DNA of 63,999 bases, filler included, from Sphacelaria rigidula (taxonomy: Eukaryota): NCBI GenBank assembly GCA_964200075.2. It is 5 parts of 5 records of this genome, joined end to end, with 100 filler letters (N's around TTAATTAATTAA, not from the genome) between each part and the next. Parts side by side here need not be neighbours in the genome. Positions count along the whole stretch, not along the records: positions 1 to 12,742 come from CAXNAA020003456.1; 4 more parts are not named here. One strand, written 5' to 3'. Each line of letters begins with the position of its first letter. Position 1 is the first letter of the stretch. Shown here one piece after another: positions 1 to 11,762 of the stretch. A program made the translations under genes and the position numbers. The notes beneath the pieces were generated by a model. That model was not told the origin of the DNA. It made no database searches and saw only the letters and a program-made list of their open reading frames with translations.

Positions 1-135
1 TCTCTCTCCCCAGGACCGGAATAACGGGCCGAGATGTTCCCCCCCCCCCCCCCCCGCCCCCGCCCCTTATGGCTATGGCATGCATGATCATGAGTACACC
101 CCGCCCCCGCCCCCTCCTACCACCCCCCATCTCAC

Positions 136-773
136 CCGCATAGTGATGCCGTGTTGACGACCAGAACAGCCTTCCCACGAAATTGCTCCGGCGGTATCGC
201 CTTGCCCTCCACGATCGACTTAAACCGCAAAGTCGACCCGATTCCTTCTCCCGCGCCTCCTGAGGCGGAGGCGTCACCGGTTCCGTCGGTCGGCGATCGG
301 GTGGCCGAATTGGAGCAAATGTACCTCACAGCACTTCCCGCAGTAACAGCTGCCGTCCCCACTGCTGCCGCTGCTGCTGCTGCTGCTGCTGCCTGTGCGC
401 GTTCGCGGGTGGTGGATCGAGCCGAAGCCGCGTTTCCTCCCCTTAAATAGTTCGTTCGGATAGAGCGAGACTGGATATTAACTGCAGCCGCTGCTACTAC
501 CGCTGGCGCCGTCTTCCGTGAGGGAGTAGCCGTGGAAGCACAGGTCGATAGCCCGCGGCTGCTGTTGCTGCTACTACTACTCATGTGTACGCACATGATC
601 CGCCCGCGGACGTTCAGTAGGTGTCGGGCAACGGTCGAGTAACTATGACAACAGGAGGTAAATGCGGGCCGTGTCCTCGCCACCGCGGCTAAGGCAGTAG
701 ACGCAGTCTCGGCAGCAGTACTCTTCGTAGCAGGTGAACGGACGGCAAACCGCTGCCCGATCATCATCGCCAT
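136..773 (-). CDS. GPX: Glutathione peroxidase (Cys-type), exon 1 with long N-terminal extension; remaining exons lie outside the window
   Basis: Translation ends ...LRFKSIVEGKAIPPEQFRGKAVLVVNTASLCG, matching the GPx motif GKvvLvVNtAS-x-C-G. The active-site codon is TGC (140-138), followed by GG and the donor GTGAG (135-131). Likely ATG at 773 (MAMMIGQRF...). Confidence 0.85.
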
Positions 774-1667
774 CTTCCGCCCGTCAACCCCTCCCCACCC
801 TCTCCCTCCAGCTCCCCCCCCCCAAAAAACCCTCGACTGTGGCAGTGACGTGGTACTTGACACGTGGCACCAGTATATACTACTGCCCTTAGATTTTAAA
901 AAAGAAACCAATCGAATTGCCGTAAAGTACAGTTTTGTACGACAAGGTAATTGATTGACACGAAGAGATGAAGATGCAGCCCCCTCTCGCCTGCTCAAAA
1001 CGCGTTTTTTTTTAATACTTCTGATGCGTTAAGATCCCTCGCTCCACCTCGCCCCTGGCGCTGAGCTTTTGTCGTTGCACGCCTTATTGATTGAGAGTCC
1101 CGCCACGGCGGACTGATTCTATGATCCTGCGGGGGAACTTCCCCGGGAGCTACGCGTAGGAACCTCCGTCTTACTGTAGACCTGTCCTGGTCTCTTGTGG
1201 TATGTAGCCGGCTAGAAATGAAAATTTCCGTTAAAAAGCAAAACAGCAGAACAGCAGAACAAGTGAAAAGAACAAACACTGAGCCTCCGTTTGTTCCCAT
1301 TTGTCATTGGCGTTCCATCATCTCGAAAACAAAATGGATTTCCTAACGGCATTACTGACACACACATATATATATATAACAAACAAAATTGAGGTTCCTA
1401 ACGGCGTTACTGACATGTACGTACGTCAGAAAGCGGTACAGCGTCCACTCGGACGGAGTACATGCAACATACAAGGTAGAACGATACCTTATAACAATAA
1501 ATTGCGAATTAAAAAAAAATACAAAAAATCTCCGGTTGGTTCCGTTTCTTTTCGTTTTTTGTTGCTGTTGTTGTCTTTTATGCGTTCATTTTTATGTTGT
1601 TGATGGCCGTTTTTTTTCAAGACACCATCGTTTTTTTTCCTGCCTTCTAATAATATAAGTTGCTTAT

Positions 1668-1869
1668 TAGAGGTATCTCAAACTCGGTTCCCGGTTTCCT
1701 GATTTATTCCTTGGCGCATGAGATGATTTATTCCTTGGCGATTCAAAGGAGGACCTACCTGGCCTGACGGTCAAAGGGTCTTATCATCTCATGAATCGCC
1801 ATAACCTTCACTTGAACAAATAGAACAAAACAAACCTGGGAACCGGGAACCGAGTCAGAGATACCTCTA
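1668..1869. mobile_element. Short non-autonomous TIR element (MITE)
   Basis: Left end TAGAGGTATCTCAAACTCGGTTCCCGGTT pairs with right end AACCGGGAACCGAGTCAGAGATACCTCTA. No clear TSD. Confidence 0.6.
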
Positions 1870-2365
1870 TTTTTGCGTTCGATTTGCTCGTTATCTTCAA
1901 ACGGAAGCTCGAACGACTTTCAGGGAATTCCTTCTCTTCTGCCTCGACCCGCGGACCCGTTCGGGTGTCATGAATATTTTTCTCTCTCTGTACAGAATAT
2001 AATATGAGCAATTGGTTTACGTTGAAAAAACTGCGGAAATGGAAACTGCCTCGAGATCGCAAAACATGGAAGCAAAGAAAACAACAGCGTTTTTTGAGGT
2101 GTATCTCAAAACTCAAGGTTCCCGTTGACTATATAAAACACTTTTGACCGGCAGTAAATATGTCATCTGTTGGATCGACATCAAATGCACTTGGAGAATA
2201 AATGCATGAATCAGATGACCTTACCTGAACGGTCGAGGGGGATCAATAACAGAAAATATAATACAGTTAAAGTGCGACAATCAATCAATCAATCAATCAA
2301 TCAACATTGCTGTGAAATATAGCGTGAACCTCGAGCGTGCGACACTCGTAGTATACCTCAATTAA

Positions 2366-2525
2366 CGCTTTTGGGACCGGATTCCTAGAAGCATATGGTT
2401 TGCACGCAGGAGCCTTTTTGTGAATCGACATCACTTTTAATCGTTTCCAAGTTAAAATAATGCCGATACACGGAAACGTCCCTGCGTGCAAGCCACATGT
2501 TCCTGGGAGTCCGGTCCCAAAAGGG
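2366..2525. mobile_element. piggyBac-like MITE, family A (about 45-bp TIRs)
   Basis: Flanked by TTAA at 2362-2365 and 2526-2529. TIR consensus C(G/C)CTTTTGGGACCGGA(T/C)TCC.AG.A.CAT.TGG.TTGCACGCAGG is present at both ends. Confidence 0.75.
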
Positions 2526-2529
2526 TTAA

Positions 2530-2628
2530 CCCTTAGACCGCGAGATTAGTCCTTCTGGATCATGCATACTTTCCCCCCCCTTGAAATTGATACCGATTCA
2601 ACAAAAGGTTAACCTCGCGGTCAAAGGG
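2530..2628. mobile_element. piggyBac-like MITE, family B (about 100 bp)
   Basis: TTAA-CCCTTAGACCGCGAG ... CTCGCGGTCAAAGGG-TTAA. It shares the TTAA at 2526-2529 with the family A element. Confidence 0.75.
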
Positions 2629-3440
2629 TTAACAAGATGGCGAACAAAAGGTCATGTTGCTCCGCGCCTGCCAGAAAACAAAAAAGAAAAAAAAAAAAAC
2701 GGAATCGGTTGTTGTTCAAACGAAATCTACTTTTTATGGAGAAACCCCGCCGGGTGTCGGGTCTTCCCTTTTGGCGGTTGCAGTTAGTTCCTTGCAAGCT
2801 CTTCTTGTCTCTGTCCGCAGACGTCTGATTCGCCTGCAATTCGGGGTGGTGAGGGATGAATCTATTTTTGTTTCATTTCCCGTCAGCTCAGCTCGGGGGT
2901 ACAACACGGTGGTGATACATGAAAGGCAACACAGCTCGTGCTGGAGGGTGGTACTGCAAAAATGTGAATATGAAGTGTAACACTCAGTCGCGATTCGGGA
3001 TGTCCGTCAGTACGCGGTGGCCTTGCACGCAGCCACCAGGGTCGAGCATCGTGCGCGTACTAAACGGTCGTGCAAGGTAGGTAGTAGTTCCCTCCTGTGC
3101 TGTGCTCAAGAAAGTCCAGCGGAATGGTTATCCTCGGAAACCAGAAGGGAGGGAAGGGGAGGGGGGAGGCCAGAGGTATTTCATCTCCTTCACGTGAGGG
3201 CGGGCATCTTTCAGGTGGTACTGCACTGTTTTTCCGGGTTGTAGTGCTCCGATTTTTTCACTTGCTTCCATCGAAAAAATGGGCATGATCCAGGTGGACT
3301 ACCCGCATCGCGGTCTAAGGGTTTACCCCTTGGCCGTGAGGGTAATCCATCTACATCATGTATACTCCCTTCCAGTGCTCCGACACAGATGAACTACTCT
3401 CGCCGTCAAAGGGTCACAACTCTCGCTCTTGTCTCTGCCG

Positions 3441-3790
3441 GTCGCCCCTGTGGCTCAGTTGGTAACCTCAACTCCTTCTGACGAGTGGGTCGTGGGTTCA
3501 AATCTCGGAGCGATCTGGGATTTTTTCTCACACCATACCCAACAGTTGAGAGCGACTATGTCGTCGGTACACAGCAGTCGACTTAACGGTCGACGAGGGA
3601 AAGGGCGAGTGTTGGACTCCTCTCGCGATAAAAAATAAAGGTAAGCACCGCCGAAGGTAGGCGAGGTACTAAAAAGCCCCTGTGTAGACCTTCCTCCTCT
3701 GTGACCCCGGTTGGTGTGTCCACATACACCGAAAGATGAAGACCGGCGTCCAGACCAGAGGGGTTGACAACATACACCCACACACATATT
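3441..3790 (+). mobile_element. tRNA-derived SINE, copy 1
   Basis: Pol III A box TGGCTCAGTTGG (3451-3462) and B box GGTTCAAATC (3495-3504). The body is clearly similar to 23557-23905 and ends in a short CA-rich tail. Confidence 0.75.
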
Positions 3791-3930
3791 ATCGAGATGG
3801 CACGCATGACACATGTCGTCTTCCATAAAGGCGAAACTCCTCGTGGTGTCGCAATACTCTCGGAACTTTCGTCTTGATCTCTTCACATACAGTATTTCCG
3901 GGGAGTAATCATGCTTCTTCCGACCCTTAA

Positions 3931-4131
3931 CCCTTAGACGGCGAGGTTAGTCTTCTGTTGAATCGGCATCAATTTCAAGTGTAAAAAGTATGCATGATCC
4001 AGAAAGACTAATCTCGCGGTCTAAGGGTTAACCCTTAGACGGCGAGGGTAGTCTTATCTGGATCATGGATGCTTTTTTCAAGTGAAATTGATGCCGATTC
4101 AACGGATGACCTACTGTTACCCTCGAAGGGG
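3931..4131. mobile_element. Two adjacent family-B piggyBac-like MITEs in opposite orientation sharing a TTAA
   Basis: TTAA (3927-3930), CCCTTAGACGGCGAG...CTCGCGGTCTAAGGG, TTAA (4028-4031), CCCTTAGACGGCGAG... The internal motif GAAATTGATGCCGATTCAAC is inverted between the two copies. Degenerate relatives lie near 2141-2240, 3285-3415, 4345-4457 and 10233-10425. Confidence 0.7.
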
Positions 4132-5339
4132 TAAGGCGGGGGCCGGATCCCCCGCGTGGGTCATCTTTTGAATCGGCATCATCAACAGCATCATCATTTT
4201 CACTTGACAAATGACTGTGAGAGACTCAGACAACCCATCTTGGAGGTACAGTAGTAACAAAAAAATGTTAATGATTTTTGTAGCTGCGGTCCGACAGTAT
4301 CCATCCATATGTAGTATGCCCGAAGGGACACGGGACTCTTCATTGACCCTTTAGCCGCGAGGGTACAAGTAGGCGATCTGTTGAGTCGGCACAATTTCCG
4401 TCATTTTTCACGCGTATGCCGATTGAACAGATTGCCTACCCTCGCGGTCGAGGGATTAACAACAATGCTTGACGAGAAATAATAAATTATTGTGACCAAA
4501 CGTGTCGAACACGCGCACACTCATGACGGTATCACTACTGTAGAGAAGATGAAAAATACGAGTATATCAACCAATATGAAACTATTGGCCAACAAGGGAA
4601 GCGGTCTTCGTTCCCATCATGAAAATGATCGGTCTTGCTTCTTTCTCCACCGAGGAGAATGGAATGGAATTGAACAAAAAATAAATTACTAACCGACAAA
4701 AACACCTAGGAACAGAAATGAAACAGGGTTCTATTCACAGCGTCCTCCTCCCCCCACCGTTTGTAGTGACGACAGCAAACGCAGCAACCAGATTATCTTC
4801 CGCAGAGATCAGTTTGCCACTTGTTATTAGGGGTGGGAAATTTCTCGGAAATCTATATTTCGAATAAAACTAAGACCAACACTAACCCTGAGCCCAACGA
4901 AGGCATACCGAGAACTCTCGGGCGAGGGGTGTGTAAAGTGTCCCCTATGCAAAGTGTGCGTTGCCCGACCTCGAATCGGCGTCCCAGGCGCCGATGTAGA
5001 CAAGAACACGTTCTGCGCACGCTGAGAGTACATTACCCAACTAAAGATCCGTATTGCTGGGAATTGTTTCCAGAATAAAATCAAGGAACTATCAAGTGGT
5101 AACTCCACTGCTTCCGCAAAACAATTCCTGCCGGTCTGTGTCACGAAAAACATGTATAGCGAGCTGCCTGGGGTTCATTTTCCACTGTGGTAGTTGTGCT
5201 GACTGTTGTGAGCACCGACGGCATACAATGTGTATCGACTAAACCGAAGCATACCGCCATAAACCATGGCGAATATTGAGCACCACCGAAAACATCGAGC
5301 CAGTCTTATACCGCACTATACGTGTAGTTCATTCGCCTA

Positions 5340-5552
5340 TGTGTGACCCCGGCTGATACGCCCAAATATACCGGGTGGTGTAGACTGGCGTCCAGAATAG
5401 ATGGATGACAACACACACACAGACAGACAGACACAGACAGACACAGATACACAGACACACATACACACAGACAGATAGACACAGACACACACAGACACAC
5501 ACACACGCACACGCACGCACGCACACAGACACAGACACAGACACAGACACAC
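5340..5552 (+). repeat. SINE-type 3' tail followed by (AC)/(ACAG) microsatellite
   Basis: TGTGACCCCGGCTG...GTGTAGACTGGCGTCCAGA matches the 3' part of the SINEs near 3700 and 23820. About 140 bp of AC/ACAG repeats follow. Confidence 0.7.
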
Positions 5553-7146
5553 ATGTCATACCCTGAATTAGAATACCGTGCATGTCATCTCTGGGCGTTC
5601 CAATAAAACTCGATGGGCGAGTTGAACTGCGGCGATTTCAAGTCCGTGGTCACTATCCTCTCATGCACATAACCAGTATCCACACGTCAGCCATTTTCAG
5701 CTCATCACTATTGGTGTAGCACAGTAGTGACACAGGGATACAATCGCATCACGTGGGGTTGAATGAACAAGAGGGTGTTATCCAACGTACATCAGGTCAC
5801 ACATGCAACAGAACATCATAAAACAAATAACACATCATCGCGTGGACCGAGCACATAGGTATGATTATCTTATCTCCATCATTATGCATAGCACGGCCAG
5901 GTCATTACTGCGACAGTGATCATGGCATAAGCCACAGTATGCGCACGCAACACGGCCGCCCTAATGAGGAGGTGCTATCTAGCGTATACTTATCCCTAGA
6001 GTCACCAGTAACCAGCGCCCACCCCATTTAATCGTTGACGACTGGCATGACAACAACGTATGAGGAATACGGTATCCTCATCATCTTCCACCATGCAGTC
6101 AATCATTCAGCAGCTGCGTACCTTCGCAACCTCGTGGCGCCCAGAACAAGCTTCGTACAGTACTTGTACTAAGAGGCAGCGGTGTCCTGTTGTAACTGTT
6201 GTGTACTATGCTCTACGGCAGGATGCTACACGGCTATAGAACGATAGTGCAACTGGATACAGAACGTACTTCAGTGTAGACGAAAATATCAAGAATTATC
6301 GATATTTTCATTTTGCGGACCGTTTACGAGCAGCATTTATGACCTGCCAAGACAGCCACTTCGGGGGGGTACAGGAAAAATGTTCCTTTATATATGTTGG
6401 TCAAGATTATTTATTTTCAAAATATGTTAGTGTAGAGATTTCTGAACAGTTGCAGCCGACCACGGAACAATACTCATGGTTGTTGCATCGTAAAAATATC
6501 GTCGACCGTACTGATGTACAGATCAGCCAAGGGATACGAACCCCTCTGCCTCGGTACTTTGACCGTCGAGTGGGTCAAACTATACAGGTAAAGCCGACCA
6601 ATAAAAAATATGGCAGTCGAAGCTACCGAAGAGAGAGTAATTATCGAAGATTCTCGAGCTTCACCGGCGAGAAAGTCCCCCCCATGATCACCATGTTGAA
6701 TCGGCATCATTTATATGTGAAAAATGACGTAAGTGATGCCGATGCAAGAGGTCGCTAACGACAGCGGTCAAATGATATAATGATAATTGTCGGGGTGTTA
6801 TTATCGTCTGTCCCCGACCGGAAAATTACTTGACCTGACATCAGACTGAGAACTTTAAGGGGTATGGTTCCAGAATCTTTTACTTATTGGTCTGAATATC
6901 TTTTTTTACTTGTTTTTACAAAATCTATAGTGTACATTACATTTACCTGTGTAACTGATCTCTCCAACCTCCACCGCTTCACCCCCCCTTCGAAACACAA
7001 CCCACACATCCCACTCTCCACTTTCCTGCAGCAGCTGAACTACAAGCCTTTCAGCCGACTCCACCTGCAGCCACCCCCACACCCACCACCACCTTCAACA
7101 CTCCACACAAGCGTTCCCCTATCTCCCTTAACTCCACTTCTTCACA

Positions 7147-10100
7147 ATGGCTCGCACCGCATTCGTAGCTATCGCCGCCTGCGTGATCGGCGCTGCTAAC
7201 GCCCTCAAGGTCGCCACCCCGGCCAAAGGAGATGTGGTCGTGGCCGACAGGTATGTTCTCTCCTTTTCCAGAGCGCAAAAGGAATGCTCTGAGATATGTA
7301 AACGGGGCATTGGAAACAGGAAAAGCTCTTCGCAACTCCTCGGCGCCGGACCGGCACCGCGCGGTGTTGTCAAAGGCCATGCTTGAGTGGAGTAGCTGTA
7401 CACGTAGCCGTGGTCGTGAGATCGGATGTGGGCGAGCGAACCGTAGTATTTCGTCGTCGATTTGGTCTCATTTCCGAACGGGTGGGATACATGGATATTT
7501 CAGTTTGTTTTTTCATCTGCCTTCTTTTCGTTTGCCGAGCAGGCACTAAAAGATAACACCACAAGTAGCGAAAAAATTGTAACCCGGCGATCCCTAGACG
7601 TGTCCGATAGTCGCGGTGGCCGTAGCACAGTGCAGTGTAGATCGGTGGGGCTGGGTCCGGAGGCGGAGCTGGCATCACGACCGCCCCCCTAGCTGATCAC
7701 ACCTGTTTGAAGGATTTTCATTTACTCCTTTGCTTTTTGTACGAAGGGGTGGAACTAACGATCCAGATAGGAGTGATACAACTGTGTCGTCGGGTCCTTC
7801 GGTAATCTCGACCCATTCTCGTCTCACCATATCAGCCCAGATGCCTCAACCGCTGCGGTTGTCGTGGAGTGCGCCAAACACGCGCCGACCGAGTCGTTTG
7901 GTGTAGCCACGGTCGATGAGTTGAATTCATGTGGGATCACCGAATGGGATCGAATTGAATGATTTGTTGCTTATTCCGATCCGTTATTTTTCGCTCGTTA
8001 CCTCTGCCGACAGCACCCTTTGTTATATTCGACTGAACAGAAACACTGGAAGTAGTCCAGCGTCTCCCTTCGACTGATACGAGTCTGCAGCAATTAACAC
8101 CAGGGCTCGAGCGAGCCGTACATGGTAATGAACCGCGAGTTGATGCTATAGAGACTTCGCTAGGCCGAGGCGCGGGCGGGAAGACACGGCGATCAATTGA
8201 GATATTTTCACGGCATGAAATCTCACCCGCGCCTTTTCCCAGAAGTGGAAAATGCGCTTTATAATATGCGCTTCATACAGATCATACACGTGGGAGAATA
8301 AGTCAACCCACACCTTCGTCTGGTAGTAGCACGTTTATTTTACAAAGCCACGCGAAGGGTACGATGGCGATGTCAAACGATTCTAGCGGTCGCTGTTGCA
8401 CGCTGGACTCGTGGAGAGCCTCCTTTGAGGGAGAGGAAACGTTGTATTCGGCGAGTGGGACTTCGTCACGGCACCTGCCCGCGTTTCTATGTCTCGTCGT
8501 CCGCCAGATGATGGAGTTGGTCTCCCGCCCAATGTCTACTGTAACATGTAGATCTACTTTGAGCATATTGGAACCCCGAATAGCCGAGAGATTGGCAGAC
8601 CTCTGCCTGCCCACCACTGTCGTTCGGAAGTTCCTATCCTTCCTTGCGTCTGCCGAGTTCTGCATTACTGTATTTTCAGGACTATGTGTTGCGTATATCA
8701 TCGTCTTGTTCGAACGCCCGATGGAATGACCGCCTTGTTGCTTGTGTTTTTGAAAATGATGTAATGCCATCTGTGGTGCACAGGACTTACACGGTGGAGT
8801 GGACTGGAACCAGCTCCGACAACACTTTTGAGATCGACCTATACTACTGCGGATCCATGTGCTCCGATGTGAGTAAAACAATATTTGGTACTGACGCCGG
8901 GCTGTAGACCATGGCAATTCCGCTCCAACGATACAGTACAGACCCGTTAAGGGTTGAAGTTCCTCGCGACGGGAAGCTTTTTATTTGTATTCTGGAAGGA
9001 GAGGACGGCGTCCTGCACGCAAGGCTTTTCAGAAGATGTCCTGTTCGCAAGACTACAGTAGATGCCTTTTCGAGATGAGGAAAGAGTTCGGTCATGTACA
9101 ACGCCAACGTGTTGCACGGGGTCTTTTGTCATTCCTTTTCAGGACGAGTGTCCGACCATCACGCGCATCCAAGTTCATTGTGAACCAGACAGCTGATATG
9201 CATGCTAAAACGAGCTTGCGAAACCATGCTCTTTGGTTGTTTTGAGGGGTGGTATCCCGAAAAACAGTCGCCCGGCCCGGGCCCCTACTCGTGATGTTTT
9301 TGTCTCGTACAATCGTTCACACGAAGCCGTAGCTAACCGAAATTTGTATCCCTCGGCTGTTGATCTCTGCACACGGCTCCGAGCGTTGGGTTTACATTCT
9401 GCCCGTGCCTGAAATGACACCATCACATAACCTCGAGCAAAGGATGAAAATTGCTGACAATGCTAGTACGAAAGGTGACGTACTCAAGTCCGACTTGCTG
9501 CGCCCTAAACTTGTCCTCTCGGTAGTTGAACTGCATTTGCCCAGATGACTCGAAACCAACGCTTCCCAATCAAGCCATTCATATTCAGAGTCTCAATCAA
9601 GAATCGTTGGACACAACAACAGGCGGTCTCCCTACAGCGCTCTATTCATGTGTTGCCGTGCCTCCCGCCACGCTTCATTCAGTCGGGGTAATATAATTCC
9701 GAGACAAGAAATCAGAGCGTCGCAAATTGCAGGTTTCAAAAATAGATTAACCCATTTCGTAGTTGTTGAAGCTGTGTGCAGGCAGCTTTGATCTACTCCA
9801 GGCCGTGTACAACTCGCCCAACAATAATAGGCATGTCGAGTAACGATTTTTTCCCGTCTCGACGATCCTCCCCCGGTAGCAAGCCATGTTTTCGTCGTCG
9901 CAGTCATCCTCACGCACTTCTTCTGTGCGTTGTTCCGCTTTCACAAACGTGTTTTGTCAGGACTCGTGTGGTGACTGGGTGACTGCCCTCTGTCCTTACG
10001 GTGAGGATGGGTGCCATGACAACAAGGGTGACTACGACGTCGTTATGCCTGAGCCCATGGAAGGCACTTCCGGCAGCGGCTACAAGGTGTGTGATATTCG

Positions 10101-11762
10101 CCCTATCGTCCCGTGGTTTTGGCGAATCAGTGGTGGCTACTATAGTAACCGCAGAAGAGAGTTGGGGGTAGGTTGTCTGGGTCATGCATAATCTGAAATT
10201 GAAACCGACTCAACATATCACAGTGGCGGTCAACCCCTAGACCGAGGGTAGTCCATCTGAACCGCGCGTTCTTCTTTCAAGTAAAGTTGATGTCGATTCA
10301 TTAGATGACCTACTCGTCGCCTGAGGGTTGAAGCGTACGATACTCCATCTGGATGCATATTTTTGTCAAGTGGAATGGTGAAATTGATGCCGGTTCAAGA
10401 GTTGATCTACTTTGGCTAAGGGTCAACGGTTCTTCAATGAGCGCTTCTGCCATGAAATATGGTCTGCTGGTGCGACGACTTCATATCACGCGCAAGTACA
10501 CATTGGAAACAGTATCCGCTGATTATATCAATCTTGTGCTGTATGTTGTGGATGATGATCAAAGGTTCGCGTGGTGGACATCGACGACGAGGAGGACGGG
10601 GACTGCTCCGACGAGTTCTACCTCATGGCTTCCGACGAAGTAACCACCACCGTTTCGGAGGACTACTTCCTTACTGTCACTTCACCCGAGAGTGGCGACG
10701 TTGCCGTGGCAGGCGACGAGTACACTGTCGAGGTGAAAGAGCGAAAAATTAGAAAGACTTGCCTCTAGTCTTGCGTGTGTCACGAGGGCGGGGAGATATA
10801 AATCAATATGGGTTGAAGGAAAACTTGGGAGCGCCCCGCTCGTCAATACCCGAGCCCACAAAACGCTTGACCCCACTATCGCTAAAGCGAGAAAGAAGGG
10901 TACTGTGCTATCTGCCTTGTTCGCTTGACTGTTGGGTTTAACGTGGAGCCGTGAATGAAGAGCATGTCAGTTTGTGCTCGAAATCGCTACACATGCATGT
11001 CATCATGTACCTGATCTTCCGAGTCCTCTTTTGTTTTTGCAGTTCGACTACCTCAACGGCGCGGGATCTAAGGTGGACCGGTTCGCTATTGACCTCTACA
11101 TGGAGGGTGGCTCCGGCGACTGCGGAACCTGGATCACCTCCATCTGCGATAAGCCTTCGATCGGCTGCAAGGACTCCAGTGAGTTGACACCTTGCCCAGA
11201 CTAATACGAACCGACTGAGAGCTTCTGACGTAACTCGTGTGCATCGATTATATACAGCCATCAGGGGGACACCCCGCTCCATATGGGGTGCAAAATAGAA
11301 TTGGATCTTTGCCTGCTGGGTGAAGAAAACCGTCGTCTATTTTCATTTAGGATATGGAAAGATGCTGCCCACGTTGAAACGAGTGATCCCTATGCCACAC
11401 AAGCATGTGAGTAATAAAAGCGTCAGCGAGCAAGTGACCCGGTGTATCCTGTGCACATGTTCGACGTGATACCCCATGCTGAACCTTCTGACGGAATGAC
11501 GGCCCGCCAATTAACACACCCAAGAGCCCGTGTTCAACAGATCCTGAAACCCCGATCCTACAACCCGTGATGTTGCCGTTGACACTGAACAGTGGGCGAC
11601 TACGACGTGGAAATCCCGGAGGACACCGAGCCCGGCATGTACTCCATCCGCGTGGGCCGCTTCGAGGACGACGAACTGTTCGGCTGCTCCCCTGTCTTCG
11701 AGATCGTCAGTGACGAGGACGGGGACGATGACGAGGAGATGAGCATGTCTTACAGGCTCTAA
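7147..11762 (+). CDS. Secreted acidic Cys-rich protein with two tandem Ig-like (Kre9/Knh1 N-terminal-like) repeats; 6 exons, 262 aa
   Basis: Exons 7147-7250, 8784-8868, 9961-10086, 10565-10732, 11043-11178 and 11593-11762. All introns are GT-AG and phase-compatible (789 nt, ending in TAA). Signal peptide MARTAFVAIAACVIGAANA. Repeats: LKVATPAKGDVVVADRTYTVEW..IDLY..CGDWVTALC..GCHDNKGDYDV and LTVTSPESGDVAVAGDEYTVEF..IDLY..CGTWITSIC..GCKDSMGDYDV. The C-terminus is DDDEEMSMSYRL. Confidence 0.9.

Noticed and set aside
132..134. In-frame TGA right after the GPx motif, as a possible selenocysteine codon
   Set aside because: The catalytic position is already TGC (Cys). The TGA is part of the GTGAG splice donor two codons later.
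3441..3515. Functional tRNA gene (also 23557-23635)
   Set aside because: A and B boxes are present, but the anticodon arm is not conserved between copies and both continue into a shared 250-bp body, which is the SINE pattern.
5306..5583. Cys/Val-rich ORFs (CVCVCV...)
   Set aside because: These are translations of the AC/ACAG microsatellite.
8303..8917. 204-aa minus-strand ORF overlapping exon 2 of the secreted protein
   Set aside because: No recognisable motif; it is mostly intron sequence and antisense to a real exon.
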